The position numbers were made by a program, and so were the translations under genes. A DNA stretch of 64,000 nt, taken from IMG/VR virus record IMGVR_UViG_3300014205_000016, positions 7,882 through 71,881 of that record; one strand, 5' to 3'. Shown here one piece after another: positions 42,612-51,688 of the stretch (positions are counted from its first letter, which is position 1; every line of letters begins with the position of its first letter). The notes under the pieces are model-generated. The model saw only the letters and a program-made list of their open reading frames with translations, was not told where the DNA came from and made no database searches. Origin of the DNA: a virus. Taxonomy: Duplodnaviria; Caudoviricetes.

Positions 42612-45447
42612 TTTGAAACACTTTCCGCAACTTCGCGTGCGGACCGGCATGACCTTCCGAAACGTGTACGGACGTATGCCAGAGGTGCTGGAGCGCTTGA
42701 AGGCCGTCGGAGCCAAAACAGCGGCCATCGTCGACAACGGCACCTGGGGTCACGTCAAGTTCGAGCGGGAAGCAATCAAGAACGAGATTCAACCTCTTTT
42801 CGGCATGGAGGTGACTATCCTCACCTATGACGAGGATGGCGAAAAGACCGAGTTCAAGCCGTGCGCCTGGATGCTGGCCAAAGACCTTCGCTTGTTCTAC
42901 CAAGCCACCTCTGCGGCAGTACAGAACGGCGGGATGACCCCAAGGGCGTTCGCGTCGCTCGATGGCGTCCTGCGCTTTCCTGGTGGCGCCCTGGCCCTCT
43001 TGCCTGACGAGGCATTCGACTATATCGACGTCAACCCGTCGTCGCTCCTACTTGCTGCCCAGGGTGTTAAACGCCATCGGGAGACGGGCAAGCCGCTGGT
43101 ATTAACCGGCTACAACGATATGCCGTCGATTGAGCACGTCGACTACGCCTATGCTTGGGAGGTCCGCGACTCGGCTGGTGTTCGGACTATTGAAGAGTGC
43201 TGGGATATGTACTCAACCCTCCAGCACGTCATGACGCGTGACGAGTTCGAGTCGGCCTGGTCCAACGCCTACAAGATCGAGGCCGAACTGGCCGGCATGA
43301 AGCTCAACAAGGCGCCGCTGATCAAGGTGGAGGGCGATCTGCTAACGCTCGCTCGTGAAGGCGTCAAGAGCCGTCTGGAGCGTGGCCACATCGCCGAGTG
43401 GACAGACGAATACGAGGCGCGCTTTGTTGAAGAGATTGCGCAAATCCAACACAAAGAGTTTGACAGCTACTTCCTGGTAGTAGCAGACCTGGTGGCCTAC
43501 GCCAAGCGTCATATGCTGGTAGGTCCGGCCCGTGGGTCTGCGGCTGGCTCTCTGATCTGCTACGTCCTCAACATCACCGAGGTGGACCCGATCCCGTTTG
43601 ATCTGCTGTTTCAACGGTTCATCGACATCAGCCGCGCTGACCTTCCTGACATCGACATCGACTTCAACGATACCAAGCGCTATATGGTTTTCGACTATAT
43701 GCGTGAGAAGTACGGCGTCACCCACGTATCCAAGATGGGGAACATCAACACTCTGAAGGCCGCGTCGGTTATGGCGCAGGTCGGCAAAAAGTTCCTCATC
43801 CCCCAGAACGAAACTTTCTCAGTAAAGAACGCGCTGATTGAATACTCATCTGGTGACGCCCGTTACGGGAAGGGGCTTCAGGATACGTTTGATGGAACGG
43901 CGCCTGGCACAGCCTTCCGTGAGCGCTACCCAGACGCGGCCCGCTGCATGGGCGACCTTGAAATACACCCTAGCCACACTGGTGTTCACGCGGCCGCGAT
44001 TCTGGTTTGTAATGAGCCAATCACCGACTTCTGCACGGTCAACGCAGAAGGGGTTGCGCAGATCGACAAGCCGGATTCTGAATATTTGAACCTGCTTAAA
44101 ATCGACGCCTTGGGGCTCCGTACTCTTGGGATTATTGAGGACTCAGGCGTTGTGACGGCAGAGGAGTTGTACGCACTGAAGTACGATGACCCGGAAGTTT
44201 TCGAGGTCATCAACAGCGACCGGGTAAGTGGGATTTTCCAGTTCGAAGGTGACGCGGTCCGCTCGGTTGCGCGCTCAGTCAACGTCGACAGCTTCAGCAA
44301 GATCGACAACCTGACAGCACTCGCTCGCCCAGGCCCGTTGGCTTCCGGCATGGCCCAGAAGTACATCGCCCGTGCCCGTGGCGATGAGCCGGTGACGTAT
44401 GACGTGCCGCAGCTCGAAAAGTATCTCAAGGACACGTTTGGCGTATTCCTTTACCAAGAGCAGATCATGTCCGTGGTAAAGGAAATTGGCCTGTTCGACT
44501 GGGTGAAAACGTCCGCCGTTCGTAAGGCTATGTCCGGCCGAAAAGGTGAAGAGTATTTCAACGTGATGGGCGCCGATTTTGTGGCAGGCGCAACCTCCCA
44601 GGGCGTGCCTGAAGACCAGGCGAAAAAGATTTGGAATGAGATGGTGACGTTCGGCTCATGGGGCTTCAACAAGTCTCACTCAGTCTCCTACGCCGTCGTG
44701 ACCTATTGGACCTGCTGGCTCAAGCGCTACCACAAGTTGGCGTTTGCCGCAGCTTGCTTGCGGACGGCCAAGGACGATGATCAAACAATCGCAATTCTGC
44801 GTGAGTTGGCCAAGGAAGGGGTCGAATATACCGCCATTGATCCTGAGCACTCCGACCTCAACTGGAAGGTGGCAAACGGACGCCTTGTTGGCGGCATTAT
44901 GAACGCCAAAGGCTTTGGTCCGGTTACGGCGCTCAAGTTCATCCAGGCGCGAGATAATCGGCACGCCGATGAGAAGGCCGAGAAGACTTTCCAGAAGGTC
45001 GCAGAAAAGCTGTCGAAGGCCCAGACCAAGTTCTCTGATCTGTTCGAGGCTCACACGCTCTGGGGCCACTTCTATGCCAATCCAAAGCTGGCAGGGGTAA
45101 CGTCCGGCAACCCGATCATCGGCATGGCAGAAGTCAAGGACGGCGACGACGGCTTGTGCATCGTCAAGTTAACCAAGAAGGTATTGGCAGATGAAAACGA
45201 GGCCATCCGCGTCAAGAAACGTGGCGGTAAGACCAAGAAGGGTCTGACGCAATTCGTTGACTTGATGATGGTTGATGATTCTGGCGACTCGCCTATGCGC
45301 TTCCGCATCCGCCCTGATAAGTTCCCGACGATGGGCAAGCCGATTGCAGAGGGCGCACCGAACGGCTCCTGGTTCCTCGTTCGCGGCTGGAAACTGCGCG
45401 ACATCGGCATGTTCATCGTCAAGAACATCAAAAGGCTGGATGCGTAA
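42598..45447 (+). CDS. dnaE: DNA polymerase III alpha subunit
   Basis: VGPARGSAAGSLICY, PDIDIDF, GVHAAA, KIDALGL, GIFQFEG, FNKSHSVSY; degenerate PHP domain. Confidence 0.95.
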   Translation: MHSTDLKHFPQLRVRTGMTFRNVYGRMPEVLERLKAVGAKTAAIVDNGTWGHVKFEREAIKNEIQPLFGMEVTILTYDEDGEKTEFKPCAWMLAKDLRLFYQATSAAVQNGGMTPRAFASLDGVLRFPGGALALLPDEAFDYIDVNPSSLLLAAQGVKRHRETGKPLVLTGYNDMPSIEHVDYAYAWEVRDSAGVRTIEECWDMYSTLQHVMTRDEFESAWSNAYKIEAELAGMKLNKAPLIKVEGDLLTLAREGVKSRLERGHIAEWTDEYEARFVEEIAQIQHKEFDSYFLVVADLVAYAKRHMLVGPARGSAAGSLICYVLNITEVDPIPFDLLFQRFIDISRADLPDIDIDFNDTKRYMVFDYMREKYGVTHVSKMGNINTLKAASVMAQVGKKFLIPQNETFSVKNALIEYSSGDARYGKGLQDTFDGTAPGTAFRERYPDAARCMGDLEIHPSHTGVHAAAILVCNEPITDFCTVNAEGVAQIDKPDSEYLNLLKIDALGLRTLGIIEDSGVVTAEELYALKYDDPEVFEVINSDRVSGIFQFEGDAVRSVARSVNVDSFSKIDNLTALARPGPLASGMAQKYIARARGDEPVTYDVPQLEKYLKDTFGVFLYQEQIMSVVKEIGLFDWVKTSAVRKAMSGRKGEEYFNVMGADFVAGATSQGVPEDQAKKIWNEMVTFGSWGFNKSHSVSYAVVTYWTCWLKRYHKLAFAAACLRTAKDDDQTIAILRELAKEGVEYTAIDPEHSDLNWKVANGRLVGGIMNAKGFGPVTALKFIQARDNRHADEKAEKTFQKVAEKLSKAQTKFSDLFEAHTLWGHFYANPKLAGVTSGNPIIGMAEVKDGDDGLCIVKLTKKVLADENEAIRVKKRGGKTKKGLTQFVDLMMVDDSGDSPMRFRIRPDKFPTMGKPIAEGAPNGSWFLVRGWKLRDIGMFIVKNIKRLDA

Positions 45448-45866
45448 TGGCAAAGTTCAAGGAGCAACTTGCATACGACTCGTTCGCCAACTCTTGCCAG
45501 GGTGAATTGCGCCTCGAACGCATTGAGAACATGGTCGGCGAGTCCATGCCTGATGTACTTGGCACGAACCGTCGCGGGATCAACTTCTGGCTTGAATTGA
45601 AGGCTCTTCATGAGTGGCCAAAACGGGCATCGACTTGCCCGTTGAAAGGAAAGTTTGAGAAGGGGCAGTTGGGCTTCCTTTGCTCCTGGCGAACTGGCTG
45701 GAATGGACACGCGTTCGTGTTACTCCGAGTCGGCACGGTATACTTCTTGATCACCCCGACGATGGACCTTGAGAAGTATCCCACCGAGGAGTTGATGTAC
45801 CACGTCGCCGCCGTTGGCAAGGCAGAATGCATAGAATATTTGAAGGGATTAACGAATGAAAACTAA
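45447..45866 (+). CDS. PD-(D/E)xK nuclease (VRR-NUC/RecU-like)
   Basis: RIEN...MPDV...FWLELK...Q. Confidence 0.7.
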   Translation: MAKFKEQLAYDSFANSCQGELRLERIENMVGESMPDVLGTNRRGINFWLELKALHEWPKRASTCPLKGKFEKGQLGFLCSWRTGWNGHAFVLLRVGTVYFLITPTMDLEKYPTEELMYHVAAVGKAECIEYLKGLTNEN

Positions 45867-47361
45867 CCCGATGGACCACCAAGTTGTTGGCCTCGAACGC
45901 TCGGACGGAAAGCGAAACTTTGCCTTTCTGATGGAGCAAGGGACCGGAAAGACTTGGATAACTTTGGCGGATGCAGAGCGCTGCTTTCTTCTGGACAAAA
46001 TCGATGCCATTGCGGTGATCGCTCCGAACGGGGTTCACACCAACTGGGTTCGCCGCGAGATTCCGACTCACCTGGAGGTCAAGTCACTTTGTTTTGCATG
46101 GCGCGGCACGCCTACTAGCAAGAAGGCGAAAGAAGACGTTGAGCGTATGTATCGGACCCACTACGCCCACGAGGATCGACCTTTACGCGTATTCGCTATC
46201 AACGTAGAGGCCGTCAACTCCAACAACGGCTACGAGGCTCTGGAGCGCTTTATCAGGGCGTACCGGGTCATGGTCATCGTGGACGAATCGACCCGCATCA
46301 AGAACCCTGATGCTAAGCGCTCCAAGAAGGTGGTTGAACTAGGTCGGCTTGGGACTGCTCGTCGCATCCTTTCCGGCACGCCTCTCACCAGGGCGCCGAC
46401 GGACCTGTTCATGCAGTTCCACTTCCTCAAAGAAGGTCTGCTAGGCACCAAGTCCTACAGGGCGTTCAATGCTGAATTCTCGGTCCTTCTCGACCCAGGC
46501 CACCCACAGATGATCGCCATCATGCGCAAGCTCGCCGGCAAAACCCGTGGGATTCCGCAGGTAGTCGCCAAAGACGATAACGGCGTGCCGATGTTCCGTA
46601 ACCTGGAGAAGCTGTCAGACCTGATCGCACCGCACTCTTATCGCGTAAGGAAGGCAGACTGCTTGGACCTCCCAGACAAAATTTACAAGGTGGCGACGTT
46701 CGAGCTGGCCGCCAATCAGCGCAAGGTATACGATACGGTCGCGGCTGAGTACAGCTATCTGCTTGAGCGCGACAATGGGATTGCTGAGGACGTTTCGTTT
46801 GAAGCCATCGCGGCCCGTACCAAGCTCAAGCAGATCACCTCTGGTTTCATCAACATCTATGGCGAGGCACAGTTATTGCCGCCAGAGGATAACCCGCGCA
46901 TGGCCTTGTTCAAGTCCATCGTGGAAGGTCTCCTGGACCGCGACCCGGACGCCTCTTTCATCGTCTGGGCGATGTTCGAGCAGGAGTTGATCCAGATCAA
47001 GGCTTTTCTCGACTCGATCAACGTCAGCTCTGCCATGTACTACGGAAAGACCGCTAAGCAAGATCGTGACCAGATCATTGACGACTTCCAAGCCGGAAGT
47101 ATCAAGTGCTTTATCGGTCACGCCGCTGCTGGTGGTATCGGGATCACCTTGACCAAGGCCGAAACCGCGATCTATTACAGCTGTTCAGACGACAACGAGC
47201 TGCGGATGCAGTCTGAGGACCGATGCCACCGTATCGGGACCGTCAACAACGTTGTGTACTGGGACCTTATTGGTGAGGACACCATCGACGAGAAAATCGC
47301 TCGCTCGAATGCTATGAAGTCTCACCTGGCCGATGTCGTCATTGACCGCAAGAAAGACTGA
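45856..47361 (+). CDS. SNF2-like SF2 helicase
   Basis: MEQGTGKT, IVDESTRIK, LSGTP, GGIGITLT, QSEDRCHRIG. Confidence 0.92.
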   Translation: MKTNPMDHQVVGLERSDGKRNFAFLMEQGTGKTWITLADAERCFLLDKIDAIAVIAPNGVHTNWVRREIPTHLEVKSLCFAWRGTPTSKKAKEDVERMYRTHYAHEDRPLRVFAINVEAVNSNNGYEALERFIRAYRVMVIVDESTRIKNPDAKRSKKVVELGRLGTARRILSGTPLTRAPTDLFMQFHFLKEGLLGTKSYRAFNAEFSVLLDPGHPQMIAIMRKLAGKTRGIPQVVAKDDNGVPMFRNLEKLSDLIAPHSYRVRKADCLDLPDKIYKVATFELAANQRKVYDTVAAEYSYLLERDNGIAEDVSFEAIAARTKLKQITSGFINIYGEAQLLPPEDNPRMALFKSIVEGLLDRDPDASFIVWAMFEQELIQIKAFLDSINVSSAMYYGKTAKQDRDQIIDDFQAGSIKCFIGHAAAGGIGITLTKAETAIYYSCSDDNELRMQSEDRCHRIGTVNNVVYWDLIGEDTIDEKIARSNAMKSHLADVVIDRKKD

Positions 47362-47369
47362 CGAAAAGG

Positions 47370-47398
47370 TTGCCGTAACCTTCGGGTTGCGGCATAAT
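47370..47398 (+). promoter_or_regulatory. sigma70-like promoter spanned by a hairpin
   Basis: TTGCCG-N17-CATAAT; stem tgccgtaacc-ttcg-ggttgcggca. Confidence 0.7.
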
Positions 47399-47428
47399 CG
47401 ACCCATAGCCAATAAAGGAATTGAACAG

Positions 47429-47755
47429 ATGAGTACCGTATACATCCCACAGATTGTTCGCCGCGCCACTAATGGTGTATTGACGCCAAAATTCGACTTT
47501 ACCGAGGCTGCGCAGTTTGGCACCTTGAAAGAGATTGTCGGCGAGTTTGAGGACATCCTCTTCACGGACCGTATCGCGTCAATCGTCCAGTCCTCTTTGG
47601 AAGAGTTCACGCAAGACGACTACCTTTTGGCGGTCGGTGATCCAACCGTCATCGCACTGTGCGCTGGCGTAATATTCCGTAAACACTCCAGCGTCAAGAT
47701 GCTGAAGTGGGACCGGCAAACCAGAAAATATCTCATGCTGGAGTTGAAATTATGA
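47429..47755 (+). CDS. Hypothetical protein (108 aa)
   Basis: DDYLLAVGDPTVIAL...LKWDRQTRKY; SD aagga. Confidence 0.7.
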   Translation: MSTVYIPQIVRRATNGVLTPKFDFTEAAQFGTLKEIVGEFEDILFTDRIASIVQSSLEEFTQDDYLLAVGDPTVIALCAGVIFRKHSSVKMLKWDRQTRKYLMLELKL

Positions 47756-48348
47756 CAGGTGAAGTAACAGGTCATTTGGATGAAACGCCAATCGACTACT
47801 TTGACGATGCCAATGCTCAAGTGGAAGTTGCTGACAACACCATCGAACGCTTGACGGCGCTCGCGAACCTGGCAAAGACCCAGGAGATCAAGATCACGGC
47901 ACTTTCCAAGGAACTTGCTGAAGAGCAAGAAGAATTGGTCAAGATCGTTCGCGTCTTGATGCCAAACATCATGGACGAACTGGGCATGGCCGAGTTCAAA
48001 ATGGTCGATGGTCGCGTAATTTCCATCAATCCGAAGGTCAACGCCTCGATCCCTGCCGAGCAGAAGCCTTTGGCCTATGAATGGCTGGAGCAACACGGGT
48101 ACGACGGCATCATCAAGACCAAAGTCGGCTCCGAGTTCGGCAAGGGTGAGATGGAGTTTGCCGTGAAGGCCCAGAAAGCCCTTCAGGAAGCCGGTTTCAT
48201 GGCCACCCTGGATCGCAATATCCACCCGGCCACCTTGTTGTCGTTCGTCAAGGAACGTCTGGCAGCGGGCGAGACGTTGCCGCGCTCATTCTCCGTGTTT
48301 GAGTTCAAAGAGGCCAAAATCAAAGAGCCTAAAGCCAAGAAAAAGTAG
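47752..48348 (+). CDS. Hypothetical replication/recombination-module protein
   Basis: N-terminal coiled coil; AYEWLEQHGYDGIIK, IHPATLLSFVKERL. Confidence 0.75.
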   Translation: MTGEVTGHLDETPIDYFDDANAQVEVADNTIERLTALANLAKTQEIKITALSKELAEEQEELVKIVRVLMPNIMDELGMAEFKMVDGRVISINPKVNASIPAEQKPLAYEWLEQHGYDGIIKTKVGSEFGKGEMEFAVKAQKALQEAGFMATLDRNIHPATLLSFVKERLAAGETLPRSFSVFEFKEAKIKEPKAKKK

Positions 48349-48429
48349 TTGCCTATCCCAGAACTACCGTTTATTATCCTCCCACAGTCGCAAGAGCGAT
48401 TGTAACATTCAGACCAGAAGGTACAGAGC

Positions 48430-49314
48430 ATGACCACTAAGAAAACCGAAACCGAAGATAGCAAAGGCGTTGCATTGAAGGAAGACGGCGCATTGGCCGT
48501 TGTAGACCTCGGTGTGATGGATGAAAGCGACTTCGGTAGCAACGCCGGTTTCGAGGGTGCTGACAAAGACTCGTTTGCCATTCCTTTCCTGCAAATCCTC
48601 CAGAAAATGTCGCCGAAAGTCGATGAAGACCACGCCGAGTACATCCCCGGCGCGAAGGCTGGCATGCTCTTCAACACCGTCACCGGCAAGTTGTACGACG
48701 GCAAGTCCGGCCTCCATATCGTTCCCTGCGCCTACAAGCGCACCTACATTCTGTGGGGCGGTCGTGAAGGCGATGGCGGCTACAAGGGCGAGTTCTCGGT
48801 TGAAGAAGTCGAAGCCCTGCGCGCCGACGAAACCAAGCTGAAAGTGGTCGATGGCCGCTACTACGTTCCCGACGCCGAAGGCAATATCAACGAGAAGAAA
48901 AGCGATTATTACTCTGATACCCGCTCGCACTTTGTGATCGTGATAGACCCGGAGACCGGCGAATACGGCACCGCGATTCTGTCGTTGGCGTCGTCGCAGA
49001 TCAAGTCGTCCAAAAAACTTCTGACCTCGCTCCAGCAGAAAAAAGTCAACACCGCTCGCGGCCTGCAAACGCCGCCAACCTTCGCTAACCTGGTCAAAGT
49101 CACCACCGCCGGTCGCTCGAACGAATCCGGTAGCTGGTCCGGTATCGAGTTCGCGCTGGACGGCCTGGTCCAAGACAAAAACATCTACGCGGCTGCCAAA
49201 GAGTTTTACCGCACCGTTGTAGCTGGCGAAGTCAAGGCAGACTATGCGAAAGCCGATGCGACCTCGGCCCAGGGCGATATGGATGCCAAGCCGACCAACG
49301 CTGAAGAGTTCTAG
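48430..49314 (+). CDS. Putative ssDNA-binding/annealing protein
   Basis: GFEGADKDSFAIPFLQILQKMSP, GAKAGMLFNTVT, NESGSW; acidic tail; TTGCCT-N17-TATTAT at 48349. Confidence 0.7.
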   Translation: MTTKKTETEDSKGVALKEDGALAVVDLGVMDESDFGSNAGFEGADKDSFAIPFLQILQKMSPKVDEDHAEYIPGAKAGMLFNTVTGKLYDGKSGLHIVPCAYKRTYILWGGREGDGGYKGEFSVEEVEALRADETKLKVVDGRYYVPDAEGNINEKKSDYYSDTRSHFVIVIDPETGEYGTAILSLASSQIKSSKKLLTSLQQKKVNTARGLQTPPTFANLVKVTTAGRSNESGSWSGIEFALDGLVQDKNIYAAAKEFYRTVVAGEVKADYAKADATSAQGDMDAKPTNAEEF

Positions 49315-49323
49315 GCCATCAAC

Positions 49324-49351
49324 TGGCCGTCCTATGGGCGGCCATTCCTTT
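49324..49351 (+). terminator. Probable intrinsic terminator
   Basis: tggccgtcc-tat-gggcggcca-ttccttt. Confidence 0.55.
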
Positions 49352-49361
49352 GGGGTTTGCC

Positions 49362-49883
49362 ATGTACAAGTACATTGCTGGCGTAGTTGGTATTTTGGTC
49401 ATCGCCGCTGGTTTGGTGGCGTTCGGCGCGTACTTCGCCACGGTCAAAACCAACGCAACTTGGCAAAAACGTTGGGACGATCACCTGGCCGATGACCAAA
49501 AGGCCACCGACAAGTTCAACGATTCTCAACGCACTATCGAATCCACCGACGCAAAAGCCGTCGCAGAGGGTGCAGAAATTGGACAAGCGAAAATTGATGT
49601 TGCAGTTGCCGATGCTGATGCTGATCGGAAGTCTCGTGACGGGCTGCGCAACACCGTCGACGCCTACGTCAGTAAACTGGCAGCAAGCCAGGCTCGCCTT
49701 AGTACCTGCGTTGTCTCCTCAAGCAAGGCAGCTGCCGAGGGGGCCAGAGTGCTCGCCGACGTGCTCAGCCGCGCTGACGAAAGAGCGGGAGTCTTGGCAG
49801 GAGTCGCTGACCAAGCCATCGAGCGCGGACTGACCTGCGAACGCTCCTATGACGCAATCAAATCCTCCAGAACGAGTAAATAA
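49362..49883 (+). CDS. Rz: Rz-like inner-membrane spanin (DUF2514-like)
   Basis: N-terminal TM, coiled coil, ADVLSRADERAG...GLTCERSYDAI. Confidence 0.85.
   Translation: MYKYIAGVVGILVIAAGLVAFGAYFATVKTNATWQKRWDDHLADDQKATDKFNDSQRTIESTDAKAVAEGAEIGQAKIDVAVADADADRKSRDGLRNTVDAYVSKLAASQARLSTCVVSSSKAAAEGARVLADVLSRADERAGVLAGVADQAIERGLTCERSYDAIKSSRTSK
49597..49833 (+). CDS. Rz1: Rz1-like outer-membrane lipoprotein spanin embedded in Rz
   Basis: +1 frame inside Rz; MLQLPMLMLIGSLVTG-C lipobox; Pro-rich mature part with CSPTC. Confidence 0.8.
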   Translation: MLQLPMLMLIGSLVTGCATPSTPTSVNWQQARLALVPALSPQARQLPRGPECSPTCSAALTKERESWQESLTKPSSAD

Positions 49884-49884
49884 C

Positions 49885-50427
49885 ATGAGCCAACAAATTC
49901 TCGATCCAAAACAAATCGGCCAGATTGAAGGCTGGGGTCACGCCCGCAATATCATCAACGGCGCCGACGCCAAGTCGCAATTCTTCAAGCTGGTGTCCGA
50001 GCTGGGCGAATGGGCTGAAGGCGTGACCATCGGCGACCGTGACGAGGTGATCGACGGCATCGGTGACGCATTCGTCGTCATGACGATCATGTCGCGGCAA
50101 CTCGGTTCCGACATCATCACCCTGCACGCAGATGCCACCACGTCCGGTTTCCCACACACCGACCTGAGCCTGCTGGCTCTCCTGGGCCGTCTCGCTGATA
50201 ACCTGGCCAAGGGCCAAGACGACGACGCCAAAGCCCGTATCGGCCAGCTGGCTGTGGCTCTGGTCAAGACGGCGCTGCGCTACGGCCTGGACGTCAATAC
50301 TTGCCTGTTGCGCGCCTACAACGATATCAAGGACCGCGTAGGCGTGATGTACAACGGCGTGTACGTCAAGTCCACCGACCCGCGCTTCGCGTCAATCATC
50401 GAGGAACTGACACAAGTCGTTGCTTAA
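49885..50427 (+). CDS. mazG: MazG-like nucleotide pyrophosphohydrolase (tandem, second half degenerate)
   Basis: QFFKLVSELGEW...EVIDGIGDAFVVM; C-terminal CLLRAYNDIKDRVG. Confidence 0.8.
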   Translation: MSQQILDPKQIGQIEGWGHARNIINGADAKSQFFKLVSELGEWAEGVTIGDRDEVIDGIGDAFVVMTIMSRQLGSDIITLHADATTSGFPHTDLSLLALLGRLADNLAKGQDDDAKARIGQLAVALVKTALRYGLDVNTCLLRAYNDIKDRVGVMYNGVYVKSTDPRFASIIEELTQVVA

Positions 50428-50448
50428 TCCTCAAAACCAGTTATACTG

Positions 50449-50477
50449 AAAGCCTGGACCCGTCCGGGCTTTTCTTT
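50449..50477 (+). terminator. Intrinsic terminator-like hairpin
   Basis: aaagcctggac-cc-gtccgggctttttcttt; overlaps TTGCTT-N16-TATACT at 50420-50447. Confidence 0.6.
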
Positions 50478-50495
50478 AACCAGAAGGTACATAGA

Positions 50496-51428
50496 ATGAC
50501 TTTTCAACTCCCCGCCCGTAAGCACTTTGTTCACAAGGCCATCGAGCCGCGAAATCTCTCTCCGAAGGTTCTGGCCGCAGCCGACGCCCGTCTGGATGAC
50601 TTTTGGGAGGTCAAATATGACGGTTGCTGCGGCATGTTGATCAAAGCCAAAGGCAAGGCATACGCATTCTCTCGCCAGGGCGAGCCGGTCAACGGTGCTT
50701 TGGATCGTCAGCTGCGCGCAATGGAATCGTTGGCCCACGACAACTATGTTCTGTTTGTCGAAGGTTGGGCCGCAAACATGATCCACAGCGATATCAACGG
50801 GGCATTCCGTCGCGGCTATGCTGAAGGCGAGCAGCGCGTGCTGGAGGCCGTTATCTGGGATATGGTGCCGTTGGACATCTTTCTGGCTGGCAAGGGTAAT
50901 GTGTCTTACTCGACAAGAACCTGGGAGATTGACGGCGTGCTTTTTGCGCTTCGCAACTTCGGTTTTGGCCACATCTTCCGCAAAGCATTCCAGTCCAAAT
51001 CCAAATCCGACTGCGAAAATTACATCGATCTTTGCCGTGAAGTTCATGGAGAGGTTTTCGCGGTCGACGGCTACATGCGTAAGGCGTCGGCGGGCGTTTG
51101 GAAAGCCGGGGCTGGATCGTGCGGCACCGTCCTCAAGGACAAAGAATTGCTGGTGGTGGACTTGAAGGTCGACGGCCTGGTGGAAGGCAAGGGCAAGTTT
51201 GTCGGCATGCTCGGCGCGTTCGAGTGCACCTACAAAGGCAAGCCTCAGCTGGTTGGTGGCGGTACGCTCACGGATAAGCAGCGTCTGGCCATCTGGCAGG
51301 ACCAGACAACGCCTGAGGGCGGTATTGGGTCCATCATCGAGGTGCACGCCCTCGGCGAGTCTACCAACGGTCTGTTGCGCGAGCCGCGTATGAGCAGTTT
51401 TCGTCCTGATAAGACTGAAGGCGAATGA
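50496..51428 (+). CDS. lig: ATP-dependent DNA ligase
   Basis: EVKYDG (motif I), FSRQG, FVEG, IWD, DGYMRK, GKGKFVGMLGAF, LREPR. Confidence 0.92.
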   Translation: MTFQLPARKHFVHKAIEPRNLSPKVLAAADARLDDFWEVKYDGCCGMLIKAKGKAYAFSRQGEPVNGALDRQLRAMESLAHDNYVLFVEGWAANMIHSDINGAFRRGYAEGEQRVLEAVIWDMVPLDIFLAGKGNVSYSTRTWEIDGVLFALRNFGFGHIFRKAFQSKSKSDCENYIDLCREVHGEVFAVDGYMRKASAGVWKAGAGSCGTVLKDKELLVVDLKVDGLVEGKGKFVGMLGAFECTYKGKPQLVGGGTLTDKQRLAIWQDQTTPEGGIGSIIEVHALGESTNGLLREPRMSSFRPDKTEGE

Positions 51429-51688
51429 TTCCGCTGGTCTCGACCTGGGAATTGATCCAGGAGGAGCGGGACCGCTTTGAGGTTGCCGCAGCCGCTCGTT
51501 TAGGGCTGCGGCAATCTGCCATAAAGACACTCAGGACCGATGAAGGGTATGGCGAGCGCTATTATTTGAACCTTACTTGGTACTATTGGCTTGTTGCTGT
51601 AGGTCTGCTGGAGCCCGGCCCGGACCTCCCAGGAAACGAACACGCCGTCGTAGATTCGCACGGGCAACCCCTCGCGAAAGACCCGTAA
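51425..51688 (+). CDS. Hypothetical protein
   Basis: ATGA overlap with ligase stop. Confidence 0.6.
   Translation: MIPLVSTWELIQEERDRFEVAAAARLGLRQSAIKTLRTDEGYGERYYLNLTWYYWLVAVGLLEPGPDLPGNEHAVVDSHGQPLAKDP

Noticed and set aside
50424-51530. 368-aa minus-strand ORF
   Set aside because: Antisense shadow of the ligase; no SD and no motifs
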